Shown: positions 49,499 to 59,704 of the stretch, one piece after another
Layout: every line of letters starts with the position of its first letter
Numbering within the stretch: the first letter of the stretch is position 1
The notes under the pieces: generated by a model
Database searches by the model: none
The model's input: the letters and a program-made list of their open reading frames with translations, nothing else
Told to the model about the DNA's origin: nothing
Translations under genes and position numbers: made by a program
Assembly: GCA_946407765.1 (NCBI GenBank)
Contig: CAMJPD010000001.1
Location: 7,755-71,754, forward strand
Direction of reading: 5' to 3'
Length of the DNA: 64,000 nucleotides
Origin: an uncultured Lachnospiraceae bacterium
GTDB lineage: Bacteria > Bacillota > Clostridia > Lachnospirales > Lachnospiraceae

Positions 49499-51835
49499 AT
49501 GTTAAAAATAAAATTTAAAAAATTCTTCTCACTATTCCTTGTGGTGGTGCTTTTGCTTGCGCATGTAGGCACAGCATATGCCCAAAATTCAGAATCAAGT
49601 AGTGAAACAAGTACAAGTAGTGAAGTAACAGTTGATGATGAAACAACATCAAGTGATTTTAATTATGAAGAAAGTGAAGAAGAAGTTGAAGCAGAATTAG
49701 AAGAAGAAAATATAGAGAAGGAAGAACCAGAAGATCCAGAAGATTATGCAGAAGATTCAAGCGAGAACGTAGAAGAAGAAACCGAAGTTAGTGAAGAAGA
49801 CACAGCCGAAGTAACTGAAACTAGTAAAGAACTTAGTGAAGAAGATACTAAGGAAGAAACCGAACTTAATGAAGAAGACATAAATGAAGAAACAACAGAT
49901 ATCGAAGAAGATGTGGAAGAAGAAACCGAAGTTAGTGTAACAGAAACTGAAATAGAAGAGACCGAAGTTAGTGTAACAGAAACTGAAATAGAAGAGACCG
50001 AAGCCGAAGGCGAGGGATCTGATGTCGCACGAAGTGCGGCAGAAGAAACTACAGTAGCAGAGCAAGAAGAAGAAATAGAAGTAGAAATAATAGACGGTGA
50101 AGTTGTAGAAAAAAATAAGGAAGAGACAGAAGAAGAAATAGTAGAAGAAGTAGCAGAAACAGTTCCAGTAACTTATGCACAAGATCCAGGTCTTCCAGCT
50201 ATTTCTTGGATAGGAACTCCAGAATGTGAAGCAAGTTATGATATAACAATAGATCCAAACGGTGGAACAGTTTCAAAACTTACAGTAGCAGGTGTTGAAG
50301 TAGATCTATCAGGAATAGACACTACACAAATTTTTATTCATACAATAACAACTTCAAGAACAGAAGAAATAGAAATTGTTGCAGAAAACGAAGTTGGTGA
50401 AGAGGTAGCATTATTCCCACAAGTAACAGATCATACATATACATATAGTGTATCTTCTCTAACAGTAAGTTCACATAGAATAAACTCAACATGCTCTGTG
50501 TGTGGACTTGATTGTGGTGAAGCACAATTTGATGCACCATCAGGAATAGGTGTAGAGTGGGAAGAAGGTGGAGCAGAACCATTTGAACTACCAGTTTATC
50601 CTAGTCCAGAAGACTGGCTTGCACCACTTCTTTTATTAGTATATGAAAACAATGAGCATGTTCCTGCACCAACATCACCAAACCAACCAACAGTTCGTCT
50701 AGAAACAGCAGATGGTCAGGTATTAGTAACTCAGACATTTACAATATTAAAAAGACAAAGTCTTGATCCGCCAACAGGATTTACAACTCAGAATGCATCA
50801 TCAGCATCAGCAAATGATGGTTCAATTTTAGGTGTTGATGTTGATACAATGGAATGGCAAACAGAAATAACTCAGCCATATCAGCCAATTCCATCATCGC
50901 CATGGACAGGACTTACGCCAGGAACTTACAGAATTCGTTTTAAAGAAACCGATGATCATATTGCATCAAACGCAGCAATTGTCACTGTAGGATATAACCA
51001 ACCTCCAAGCCCAGGTGGCGGCGGCGGTGGCGGCGGCGGTGGCGGCGGCGGCGGAGGCGGCGGCGGCGGAGGCGGCGGCCTTGGCACTGTCTCTCTTGGA
51101 AATCCGTCTACACCTTATGCGCCAATAGGTGAAACAATTCCAAATATTCCAGCACAACTTGTTGTAGATACTGTTTCTAATACAACTAAAGCTGTAACAT
51201 TAGCAAATGGTGTAACAACATATGTTAAGGGCTGGGGATTTGTTCATGATAATGTTAATAATGCAGACAACTGGTATTATTTCAATCCAACAACAGACTT
51301 AATGGAAACTGGTTGGCTTACAGAAAAGGGAAATGTTTATTATTTACATACCAATGAAGACTATCTTAAAGGTCGTGTTTATTCAGGATGGCATAACATT
51401 TCTGGCATAGTATATTATTTCAGCGAAACAAATTATGCTCTTGAACTTATGCTATCTCTTTCAGAAGCACAATCTCATGGAATCATAACTTATGAAGATA
51501 GTATTGCAGCATTCCAAGAAGGAAGAATTCTTGAAGCAACTCATGGAACTATGGGCCTTGAAACAATGAATTCTAATGCTGACCAACAATCTGCTGCTCA
51601 GGCTCAAGCCCAATTACAATTACAAATTCAAAATGCAGTTACTACAGAGCTAGTTCGTGAAGCACTTGCAGCAAGACAGGATATAATTCGTGCTATAGAA
51701 CGTGGAGCACTTTCTATAGAAGATGCATATGCAATGAGCGGTGGCCAGATTCCAGCAATAGATTATAAGAGCAATATGCAAAGTAATCAAGAAATTATAA
51801 ATCAGATCGCAAATCTTATTGCAGCATTTAGATAA
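49499..51835 (+). CDS. Surface protein: signal peptide, polyacidic region, unknown domain, 22 x Gly linker, choline-binding-type anchor
   Basis: 778 aa. GGAGG RBS. Signal ends GTAYA. The Glu-rich region 49.6-50.17 kb shares EEPEDP(N/E)DY with giant gene 2. G22 at 51014-51079. The anchor block NWYYFNPTTDLMETGWLTEKGNVYYLHTNEDYLKGRVYSGWHNISGIVYYF matches those of both giants. Confidence 0.9.
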   Translation: MLKIKFKKFFSLFLVVVLLLAHVGTAYAQNSESSSETSTSSEVTVDDETTSSDFNYEESEEEVEAELEEENIEKEEPEDPEDYAEDSSENVEEETEVSEEDTAEVTETSKELSEEDTKEETELNEEDINEETTDIEEDVEEETEVSVTETEIEETEVSVTETEIEETEAEGEGSDVARSAAEETTVAEQEEEIEVEIIDGEVVEKNKEETEEEIVEEVAETVPVTYAQDPGLPAISWIGTPECEASYDITIDPNGGTVSKLTVAGVEVDLSGIDTTQIFIHTITTSRTEEIEIVAENEVGEEVALFPQVTDHTYTYSVSSLTVSSHRINSTCSVCGLDCGEAQFDAPSGIGVEWEEGGAEPFELPVYPSPEDWLAPLLLLVYENNEHVPAPTSPNQPTVRLETADGQVLVTQTFTILKRQSLDPPTGFTTQNASSASANDGSILGVDVDTMEWQTEITQPYQPIPSSPWTGLTPGTYRIRFKETDDHIASNAAIVTVGYNQPPSPGGGGGGGGGGGGGGGGGGGGGGLGTVSLGNPSTPYAPIGETIPNIPAQLVVDTVSNTTKAVTLANGVTTYVKGWGFVHDNVNNADNWYYFNPTTDLMETGWLTEKGNVYYLHTNEDYLKGRVYSGWHNISGIVYYFSETNYALELMLSLSEAQSHGIITYEDSIAAFQEGRILEATHGTMGLETMNSNADQQSAAQAQAQLQLQIQNAVTTELVREALAARQDIIRAIERGALSIEDAYAMSGGQIPAIDYKSNMQSNQEIINQIANLIAAFR
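49925..49996 (+). repeat. Perfect 36-bp tandem duplication (2 copies plus 7 nt of a third) encoding TEVSVTETEIEE
   Basis: ACCGAAGTTAGTGTAACAGAAACTGAAATAGAAGAG at 49925-49960 and 49961-49996, read directly. Confidence 0.95.
51014..51079 (+). repeat. GGT/GGC/GGA tract encoding 22 consecutive Gly
   Basis: Read directly, in frame (PSP-G22-LGTVS). Confidence 0.95.
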
Positions 51836-51848
51836 TTAGGATATCAAC

Positions 51849-52637
51849 TTGAAAATAAATTTCAAAAAATCTATCACTATTTTAGCTACCATATTAGTAA
51901 TGCTTTCTGCAGTATATGTTTCATCTGCCTACGCAAGTAGCAATGAAACAGTTGATATAGCAGAATTGGAAAAATATTTCAGCAAACCTATAGATGCCAA
52001 ATTAGATATCAATACAAAATATGTTCTAAAGTATAACAACGAAGAAAAAAAATATGACATCTATGTTATGGGAACTGGTAGAAAAGTAGATATGACAGGA
52101 TGGGTTTATGTTCATGACCCAGATACCCCATCAGACAACTGGTATTATTTTGACAAGAATACTAAGAATATAAAAACTGGTTGGATAGAAGATGAAGGCA
52201 ATGTTTATTATCTACACGAGAAGAAAGACTCATTATGTGGCAGAGTATATTCAGGTTGGCATGATATAAAGGACGTTGTGTATTTTTTCAATGAACATAA
52301 TTTTGCTCTTGAGAAAGTAATGTCTAAGCAAGATGCAAGAAAGAATAATATAGAAACTATAGAAGGCAAATTGCAACGCATGCAGGAAGAAGCAAAAGCT
52401 CTTCAAGCAGCAAGTGAATATAGAAACAATACATCAAGTAATTATCAGTCTCAAAACTCTGCACAAAATATAACAAGAAGTGATATAGGTCAGCCAATAA
52501 CAAGTTCTGTTGGTGGTGCATCAAATCCTGCAGATGCAATGAGACAAGCAGAAGCTAATGCACAAAATGGAGCACAGGGTCTTACGGGTGAAGAATTAGT
52601 GCGTATACTTAATCAGAGAAATTCACAGATAAGATAA
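51849..52637 (+). CDS. Small secreted protein consisting essentially of the choline-binding-type anchor module plus a Gln/Asn/Ala-rich tail
   Basis: 262 aa. TTG start 7 nt after AGGA, 13 nt after the upstream stop. Signal ends SAYA. NWYYFDKNTKNIKTGWIEDEGNVYYLHEKKDSLCGRVYSGWHDIKDVVYFF closely matches the anchor block of the 778-aa protein. Confidence 0.8.
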   Translation: MKINFKKSITILATILVMLSAVYVSSAYASSNETVDIAELEKYFSKPIDAKLDINTKYVLKYNNEEKKYDIYVMGTGRKVDMTGWVYVHDPDTPSDNWYYFDKNTKNIKTGWIEDEGNVYYLHEKKDSLCGRVYSGWHDIKDVVYFFNEHNFALEKVMSKQDARKNNIETIEGKLQRMQEEAKALQAASEYRNNTSSNYQSQNSAQNITRSDIGQPITSSVGGASNPADAMRQAEANAQNGAQGLTGEELVRILNQRNSQIR

Positions 52638-52650
52638 GTCAGGTGAAAGT

Positions 52651-53481
52651 ATGAAAAATATAAATTTCAAAAAAATATTTTTAATGCTAACTATGATTTC
52701 CGTAGCAGCTTTGTTTACCTCATGCACTAATAATGAAACTAATGAAACCTTAGCACATACAGGCAAAGGATATATTATAGAATATTCTGACTCTAATGAT
52801 ATACAAAATCAATTCCAGGGAAGTACTAAAACATTTGACAATAAGAAAGAAGCTTTTACATTTGCCTTGAATAATTTACTTATGAACTTGATTGTTCCAG
52901 GTGACGTAACTCAACTTCCTTATGATAAGAAGTATGGAAATATTTCTGATAATACTTTTGCAATATACGATACCAATGGTGATGGAAGCGATGAATTAAT
53001 TGTTAAGTGGACAACAGCAGCTCAACAAGACACACTTCTATTTGTCTGCAGATTTGATGAGAAAACAAAAACTTTATATCAGACATTGATTGAAAGCGCA
53101 GCATCAGATTTTTACAACAATGGAAAAGTTATTGCGCTTTGGGCAAATCCAGGAACAGGTTACGGCAAGTATTTCTGGCCATTCAGTGTTTATGAATATG
53201 ATAAGAGAGGTGGTTACTATACCAAGATTGCAATGGTTTCTGCCTGGTCCAAGGAATTAAAGCCAGAAGACACTAATGGAAATACTTATCCAGAGGATAT
53301 AGATAAAGAAAATGCAGGCGAAGTTTATCTACTTAATGATTTTAGCAAGACAGATATACAAATTATATCAAGATCTGCTTATGAAAAGTGGATAGGTGAG
53401 ATTACTAAATCAGGCAAATGTAACATTGATTACAAAAGCCTTACTAAAGAAAATATAAATCAGGTAGGAAATGTTAAATAA
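52651..53481 (+). CDS. Putative lipoprotein, function unknown
   Basis: 276 aa. N-terminus MKNINFKKIFLMLTMISVAALFTSC has a lipobox-like F-T-S-C. No domain recognised. Confidence 0.75.
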   Translation: MKNINFKKIFLMLTMISVAALFTSCTNNETNETLAHTGKGYIIEYSDSNDIQNQFQGSTKTFDNKKEAFTFALNNLLMNLIVPGDVTQLPYDKKYGNISDNTFAIYDTNGDGSDELIVKWTTAAQQDTLLFVCRFDEKTKTLYQTLIESAASDFYNNGKVIALWANPGTGYGKYFWPFSVYEYDKRGGYYTKIAMVSAWSKELKPEDTNGNTYPEDIDKENAGEVYLLNDFSKTDIQIISRSAYEKWIGEITKSGKCNIDYKSLTKENINQVGNVK

Positions 53482-53493
53482 TATAAATTTTTT

Positions 53494-53527
53494 AAGAACC
53501 TATCGTCAAAATAGGTTCTTATTTTAT
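53494..53527 (+). terminator. Rho-independent terminator
   Basis: AAGAACCTAT (53494-53503) / ATAGGTTCTT (53511-53520), 7-nt loop, followed by ATTTTAT. Confidence 0.8.
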
Positions 53528-53535
53528 AAAAGTAT

Positions 53536-54624
53536 ATGAGCAAATACAATAGAAAAATTAATTTTGGTGCAGGACCTGCAATGTTACCTCTTCCAGTTCT
53601 AGAAAAGGTTGAGGAAGATTTTTTGAATTATAAAGACAGCGGGTTGTCTGTAGTAGAGATGAGTCATAGAAGTGAGAACTTTATGAACATCTTATTAGAT
53701 ACTAAAGCAAAACTTAAGAAAATAATGAACATACCAGATTCTTACGAGATATTATTCTTACAAGGTGGTGCAACAGCTCAGTTTTCTATGATACCAGTAA
53801 ATCTAGTAAGAAAGGATGAGAAAATCGGATATGTTCTTACAGGAGTTTTTGCACAGAAAAGTTTTGAAGCAGCAAGTAAGTTATGTAAGGCTGTAAATAT
53901 TGCAGATAGTAGTGATAAAAATTATGACTATATTCCTGAGATAAAAAACATTCCTAACGATTTAAAATATATACATATAACGGGAAATAATACAGCAATA
54001 GGAACAGCTTATTATAATGCGCCAAAGGTAGGTGTTCCTGTAATTGCAGATTGGTCAAGTGCAATACTTGGCCAGGAAATAAAAGTAGAAGATTATGCAC
54101 TAATATATGCTGGTGCTCAGAAGAATATGGGCATAGCAGGTCTTACTGTAGTAATATTAAGAAAAGATATAATTTTAAAAGATGAAGATATAGAAAGTTT
54201 TGTTCCTAATCTTATGAAATATGAAAAACAAATTAAGTCAGATTCAATGATTAATACTCCTCCAACATTTGCCATCTACTGCCTTGATGTTTTGTGCGAT
54301 TGGATTATATCTATGGGCGGTGTTGCAAGTCTTGAAAAAATTAATAGAGAAAAATCTAAAATGATTTATGATATAGTAGATGAATATGATATATATGAGA
54401 ACGGCATATCTCAAAATGATCGTTCCATAATGAATATAACATTTAACCTTAAGAAAGACAGTCTCACAGAAAAATTTCTAAGCTCGTCCTCGGAGGCAGG
54501 GCTTGTAGGACTTAAGGGATATAAGCTCCGCGGCGGAATTAGAGCATCACTGTATAATGGAGTTAGTATAGAAGATACAGCTGCACTTGCAGAGTTTATG
54601 AAAAAATTTGCACAAAATAATTAA
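53536..54624 (+). CDS. serC: Phosphoserine aminotransferase
   Basis: 362 aa. NFGAGPAMLPLPVL...GLSVVEMSHRSENF...FLQGGATAQF and YAGAQKNMG (PLP-Lys region) are characteristic of SerC. Adjacent to serA. Confidence 0.9.
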   Translation: MSKYNRKINFGAGPAMLPLPVLEKVEEDFLNYKDSGLSVVEMSHRSENFMNILLDTKAKLKKIMNIPDSYEILFLQGGATAQFSMIPVNLVRKDEKIGYVLTGVFAQKSFEAASKLCKAVNIADSSDKNYDYIPEIKNIPNDLKYIHITGNNTAIGTAYYNAPKVGVPVIADWSSAILGQEIKVEDYALIYAGAQKNMGIAGLTVVILRKDIILKDEDIESFVPNLMKYEKQIKSDSMINTPPTFAIYCLDVLCDWIISMGGVASLEKINREKSKMIYDIVDEYDIYENGISQNDRSIMNITFNLKKDSLTEKFLSSSSEAGLVGLKGYKLRGGIRASLYNGVSIEDTAALAEFMKKFAQNN

Positions 54625-54633
54625 GAGGTAAGT

Positions 54634-55791
54634 ATGTTTACAATTAATACATATAATAAAATTACAAATGCGGGACTAGATTTATTTGACAGAAGCAAAT
54701 ATCAAATTACCGACGTATATGATAACCCAGACTTAATCATGGTTCAGTCTGCACCACTCCATGATCTTGAATTTAAAGATAATTTAAAAGCAGTAATAAG
54801 AGTTGGCGCAGGTTTCAACACTATCCCAGTTGAAAAATTAACAAAACTTGGCGTTGCAATTTTTAATACACCAGGTGCCAATGCCAATGCAGTTAAGGAA
54901 CTTGTTGTATCAGCAATGATAACTGTTACAAGAAAAGCTCACCTTGCATCAAAGTGGGCACATGAACTTGAATGTCTTGATTATGGGAAGGACGTAGAAA
55001 AAGCCAAAGAAATTTTTAGAGGAAGCGAAATCTACGGAAAGAAAGTTGGAATTATAGGACTTGGCCATGTAGGATTTTTAGTTGCAAGAGCTCTCCACGC
55101 ACTTGGAATGGACTGCATGGGCTATGACCCATATCTAAACAAAGAACAAAAAGACAATGTTAAATCTTATGTAAAACTTGTAGATAGTTTAGATTTAATT
55201 TATGAAGATAATGACTATATAACAGTTCATACACCATTTAATGACGAAACAAAAAATCTCATTGATAAAGATGCAATCAGCAAAATGAAACAAGGCGTTT
55301 TCATAATAAATTATGCAAGAGGCCAGGTTGTTTCAAACTCAGGTCTTGTTGAGGCACTTAAGTCAGGAAAAGTGGCAGGTTATGCAACAGACTTTCCAAC
55401 AAAAGAACAAATTGCATTTGAAAATGTTTATGCAACACCTCATCTTGGAGCAGCAACATTTGAAGCCAAGGAAAACTGCGACAACATGGGTGCTCGCGAA
55501 GCAATAGACTACCTTGAAAACGGCAATACTATGAACTCAGTAAACCTTCCAAATATTTCATTTGCAAGAGGAGAGGGTTCTCGTATTACAATAATTCACG
55601 ACAATGTTCCTGGTATGCTCGGATTTATCACAGAAAAAGTTTCTAAAAATAATTTTAATATAGAAAATCTTTTAAACAGTGCCAAGGGCGATATTGCATA
55701 CACTATATTAGACTTCCACATCACTGTTCCAGATGATTTGAAAAAAGAAATTGAATCTATTCCGCATGTAATCAAAGTTCGTATTCTATAA
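54634..55791 (+). CDS. serA: D-3-phosphoglycerate dehydrogenase (short form with C-terminal ACT-like domain)
   Basis: 385 aa. 2-hydroxyacid dehydrogenase motifs RVGAGFNTIP, NTPGANANAVKE, GIIGLGHVGFLVA (NAD site), TPHLGAAT. The C-terminal block RITIIHDNVPGMLGFI is ACT-like. Context with serC supports the call. Confidence 0.85.
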   Translation: MFTINTYNKITNAGLDLFDRSKYQITDVYDNPDLIMVQSAPLHDLEFKDNLKAVIRVGAGFNTIPVEKLTKLGVAIFNTPGANANAVKELVVSAMITVTRKAHLASKWAHELECLDYGKDVEKAKEIFRGSEIYGKKVGIIGLGHVGFLVARALHALGMDCMGYDPYLNKEQKDNVKSYVKLVDSLDLIYEDNDYITVHTPFNDETKNLIDKDAISKMKQGVFIINYARGQVVSNSGLVEALKSGKVAGYATDFPTKEQIAFENVYATPHLGAATFEAKENCDNMGAREAIDYLENGNTMNSVNLPNISFARGEGSRITIIHDNVPGMLGFITEKVSKNNFNIENLLNSAKGDIAYTILDFHITVPDDLKKEIESIPHVIKVRIL

Positions 55792-55804
55792 TTTATTTTA
55801 ATAG

Positions 55805-57001
55805 ATGGAATATAAAAAAATTTTTGAAACCCTAGGAATATCTATTCCAAATATAATTCTTCCAAAGGAGGGAACGGACCTTTCAAAGTTTTCTGTAGTT
55901 GCAGTTGATCAATATGCTGAAAACAATTCCTACTGGGACGAAGTTCAAAAGCTAGTTGGCAATAATGTAAGCTCCCTTAATATGGTCATCCCAGAAAATT
56001 TTTTATTGCGCGGTGATAAAGATTATGACAAAAGAATTTTTGCCGCAGGCAGATATCTAGAAAACGGTGACCTTGTACCATACGGAGAGAGTTTTATTTT
56101 TATAAAGCGAAAACTAAAGGGTGGAGAAAGATGCGGTCTTGTTGCAGCATTTGACCTAGAACAATATGAATATGAACCAGGAAAATCTAATCTTATAAAA
56201 GTTACAGAAAAAACTGACATGAATAGAGTGGTTCCTCGTGTTTCCTTGCGTGAAAAAATAGAACTTGAACTCCCTCATATTTTCTTACTCATAAGTGATA
56301 AACAAAATAAACTTATGACTTATTTGGAAAGCGTAAGTAAAAATCTTGATGCACTTTACGACTTTGACCTAATGAAAGATGGCGGAAATATTAAAGGATA
56401 TAAAATAGATAAAGAAGATGCGTATCAAAAAATAGCAGAAATCCTTTATGAAATATATGAGCAAAATGATAAAAAGTTTTCATTTGCCATTGGTGATGGT
56501 AACCACTCATTTGCCGCAGCCAAGATGCATTATGAAAACTTAAAAAAATCACTAGGTGATAGCGCACTAAATCACCCAGCCCGCTACGCCCTTGCAGAAA
56601 TAATAAATTTATATGATACCTCTATGGAATATGAACCTATTCATAGGCTTCTTACTAATATAGAAGATAAACAAAAAGCAATAAGCGAAATTTCATCTAT
56701 CCTTGGTCTGCCTTGCTCTAGTGAAGAAGACTTATCAAAAATAGATCTTCAAATATTGCAACCAGCACTTGATACCTGGCTAGAAAAAAATAAAAATGTT
56801 CATATAGAATATGTTCATGATAAAAAATCTTGTGCAGAAAGTGGAACAGACCCTCACTCGCTAGCACTAATTTTTGATAAATTTGACAAGGACTCAGTTG
56901 TAAAAACAGTCCAAGAAAATAAAGTTCTTGTTCGTAAAAGTTTTTCTATGGGACGTCCTTTCGAAAAGCGCTACTACTTAGAAGCTAGGCTTATAAAGTA
57001 G
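55805..57001 (+). CDS. DUF1015-family protein (function unknown)
   Basis: 398 aa. N-terminal DLSKFSVVAVDQY, central AIGDGNHSFAAAK (cf. ADGHHR of the family) and C-terminal RKSFSMGRPFEKRYYLEARL resemble the DUF1015 pattern as I remember it. Not verified by a profile search. Confidence 0.6.
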   Translation: MEYKKIFETLGISIPNIILPKEGTDLSKFSVVAVDQYAENNSYWDEVQKLVGNNVSSLNMVIPENFLLRGDKDYDKRIFAAGRYLENGDLVPYGESFIFIKRKLKGGERCGLVAAFDLEQYEYEPGKSNLIKVTEKTDMNRVVPRVSLREKIELELPHIFLLISDKQNKLMTYLESVSKNLDALYDFDLMKDGGNIKGYKIDKEDAYQKIAEILYEIYEQNDKKFSFAIGDGNHSFAAAKMHYENLKKSLGDSALNHPARYALAEIINLYDTSMEYEPIHRLLTNIEDKQKAISEISSILGLPCSSEEDLSKIDLQILQPALDTWLEKNKNVHIEYVHDKKSCAESGTDPHSLALIFDKFDKDSVVKTVQENKVLVRKSFSMGRPFEKRYYLEARLIK

Positions 57002-57037
57002 ACTTACATTTGATAAAATAAACAAAAGGAGTTTATT

Positions 57038-58378
57038 ATGGCACTTTGGGGCGGTAGATTTGAAGAAAAATTTGATAAAAAAGCCTATGACTTTAACGAA
57101 AGTCTCTCTGTTGATAAGATGCTTTGGAGAGAAGACATAATAGGCTCTATGGCTCATGCTAGTATGCTCGGCGTTCAAAATATAATTTCAAAAGACTCTG
57201 CAGGAAATATAGTAAAAGGCCTTGAGCAAATATATAAAAAAATTGAAAGTGGTGAACTCATCATCAAGGATGCCGAAGACATACACTCATTTATAGAAAA
57301 CGAACTTGTAAAACTAATAGGTGATGATGGTAAAAAACTTCACACAGCAAGAAGCAGAAACGACCAGGTCGCAACCGATACAAAACTTTATTGCATAAAA
57401 AAAGTTGATACTGGCATAGAACTTTTGACCAAACTTATAAACACTCTTAAAAAATTAGCGGTAGAAAATGAAAATACTATCATGCCAGGATTTACACATC
57501 TGCAAAAAGCACAACCTATAACCCTTGCCCTCTACTTTGACGCTTATAAGCAGATGTTTAAAAGAGACCTTTCAAGATTTAATGATTTAAGAAAAAGAAT
57601 GGACGAGTGTCCACTGGGTAGTGCAGCGCTTGCTGGCACAACTTATGACATAGATAGAGACTTTGTTTCAGAAAAACTTGGCTTTGCAAAACCAACAGAC
57701 AATGCACTTGATTCAGTTTCTGATAGAGACTATTTGATAGAATTTTTATCAGCCCTTTCTATAGTAATGATGCACATATCAAGAATGAGTGAAGAGTTTA
57801 TTATATGGAATAGTGATGAATATCGTTATATAAAAATTTCAGATAAATATACAACAGGCTCAAGCATCATGCCTCAAAAGAAAAATCCAGATATATGTGA
57901 ACTTATGCGAGGGAAGACAGCGCAAGTTTTTGGAAGCCTTCTTTCTATGCTTACTCTTATGAAAGCTCTTCCCCTTGCATATAATAAAGATATGCAAGAA
58001 GATAAGACAATTTCCCTTCCTTCTATAAATACTGCACTTGATTCAATAGAAATTTTAAACGACCTTCTTTTAAATATAGAATTTGATAAAGAAAAACTTA
58101 AAAATTCTTGTCTTACAGGTTTTATAAATGCAACAGATGTTGCCGACTATCTTGTAAGTAAAGACACTCCATTTAGAGATGCCCACGAAATGGTTGGAAA
58201 GCTTGTTCTTTATGCCGAAAAAAATAAAAAGACACTTAACGATTTAACTCTTGAGGAATTCAACAACATTTGTGGCGGAAAAATTCAAGACGACATATAT
58301 GATAAAATATCTCTTGAAACAATAACAAAAGCAAGAAAGTCCAAGGGCAGCGCCTTTGGCATAGATTACAAAAATTAA
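57038..58378 (+). CDS. argH: Argininosuccinate lyase
   Basis: 446 aa. MALWGGRFEE start, TARSRNDQVATD, GSSIMPQKKNPD fumarate-lyase signature. AAGGAG RBS. Confidence 0.95.
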   Translation: MALWGGRFEEKFDKKAYDFNESLSVDKMLWREDIIGSMAHASMLGVQNIISKDSAGNIVKGLEQIYKKIESGELIIKDAEDIHSFIENELVKLIGDDGKKLHTARSRNDQVATDTKLYCIKKVDTGIELLTKLINTLKKLAVENENTIMPGFTHLQKAQPITLALYFDAYKQMFKRDLSRFNDLRKRMDECPLGSAALAGTTYDIDRDFVSEKLGFAKPTDNALDSVSDRDYLIEFLSALSIVMMHISRMSEEFIIWNSDEYRYIKISDKYTTGSSIMPQKKNPDICELMRGKTAQVFGSLLSMLTLMKALPLAYNKDMQEDKTISLPSINTALDSIEILNDLLLNIEFDKEKLKNSCLTGFINATDVADYLVSKDTPFRDAHEMVGKLVLYAEKNKKTLNDLTLEEFNNICGGKIQDDIYDKISLETITKARKSKGSAFGIDYKN

Positions 58379-58386
58379 GGAGGCAG

Positions 58387-59625
58387 ATGATGAAAAAACA
58401 AACAGCAAACAAAAAAGAAAAAGTTGTTCTTGCATATAGTGGTGGCCTTGATACCACAACACTTATACCTTGGCTTAAAGAACATTTTGATTATGATGTA
58501 ATTTGTGTGTGTATAGACTGTGGTCAGGAAGACGAACTTACAGGTCTTGATAAAAAAGCAAAAAAGGCAGGAGCATCTAAAACATACATCATTGATATAC
58601 AAGATGAACTCTGCAATGACTTTGTTGGACCTTGTCTTAAAGCCAATGCAACATATGAAAATGAATATCTTCTTGGAACATCACTTGCTCGCCCTGCAAT
58701 TGCAAAACACCTTGTGGAGATTGCAAGAAAAGAAAATGCTGTCAGCATCTGCCATGGGGCAACTGGAAAAGGCAATGACCAAATTCGTTTTGAGCTTGCA
58801 ATAAAATATCTTGCGCCCGACATAAAAGTAATTGCTCCTTGGAGAATGACCGACATTTGGAAGATGGATTCAAGAGAAGATGAAATAGAATATCTAAAGA
58901 AAAAGGGAATAGACCTTCCATTTTCTAGTGCAAAATCTTCTTATAGTCGTGATAGAAATATTTGGCACATATCGCACGAGGGCCTTGAGCTGGAAGATCC
59001 AGCAAAAAGTCCAAATTATGAAAACCTTCTTGTCTTATCAAATACTCCACAAAAGGCTCCTGACAAGGAAACAAAACTTGAAATAGAATTTAAGGAAGGA
59101 ATTCCTGTAAAACTTAATGGCAAGAAAATGAAATTTAAAGACATAATAAAAGAGCTTAACAAAATCGGCGGCAAGAATGGAATAGGAATTATAGATATAG
59201 TAGAAAATAGAGTTGTCGGAATAAAAAGTCGTGGTGTATATGAAACACCAGGCGGAACAATTTTAATTTCCGCACATAAAGCGCTTGAAGAACTTGTCCT
59301 TGACAGACAAACATTTGAATTTAAATCTTTCGTTTCAGAAAAATTTTCTCAGCTTGTTTATGAAGGCAAATGGTTCAGCCCGTTGCGAAACGCCCTTTCT
59401 GCCTTCATAGACGAAACCCAAAAATATGTAACAGGAGTCGTGAGTTTAAAATTATATAAAGGCAACATAATAAAAGATGGCACCTCGTCTCCTTATTCAA
59501 TTTATAATAAATCCCTTGCATCATTTGCCATGGGCACTCAATATGATGCAACTGACGCCACAGGCTTCATAACCCTCTTTGGCCTCCCAGATAAACTCCA
59601 CGGTGCAATAGACCGTAAACTTTAA
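58387..59625 (+). CDS. argG: Argininosuccinate synthase
   Basis: 412 aa (start possibly the second ATG at 58390, which has better AAGGAGG spacing). VLAYSGGLDTT, HGATGKGNDQIRFE, VENRVVGIKSRGVYETPGGT. Confidence 0.95.
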   Translation: MMKKQTANKKEKVVLAYSGGLDTTTLIPWLKEHFDYDVICVCIDCGQEDELTGLDKKAKKAGASKTYIIDIQDELCNDFVGPCLKANATYENEYLLGTSLARPAIAKHLVEIARKENAVSICHGATGKGNDQIRFELAIKYLAPDIKVIAPWRMTDIWKMDSREDEIEYLKKKGIDLPFSSAKSSYSRDRNIWHISHEGLELEDPAKSPNYENLLVLSNTPQKAPDKETKLEIEFKEGIPVKLNGKKMKFKDIIKELNKIGGKNGIGIIDIVENRVVGIKSRGVYETPGGTILISAHKALEELVLDRQTFEFKSFVSEKFSQLVYEGKWFSPLRNALSAFIDETQKYVTGVVSLKLYKGNIIKDGTSSPYSIYNKSLASFAMGTQYDATDATGFITLFGLPDKLHGAIDRKL

Positions 59626-59704
59626 ATAAGATTGTCCATGGGGAAACTGTCCTAAAATCCTATCAAATCAAAAAGTCTTGAATTTATCCGAAATCTATGA
59701 TAAG

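Noticed and set aside
58375-58856. Alternative-frame and antisense ORFs across the argH/argG junction (58244-58462, 58375-58602, 58520-58804, 58524-58856) and in serA (55313-55507).
   Set aside because: They overlap unambiguous housekeeping genes with canonical motifs. Treated as artefacts.
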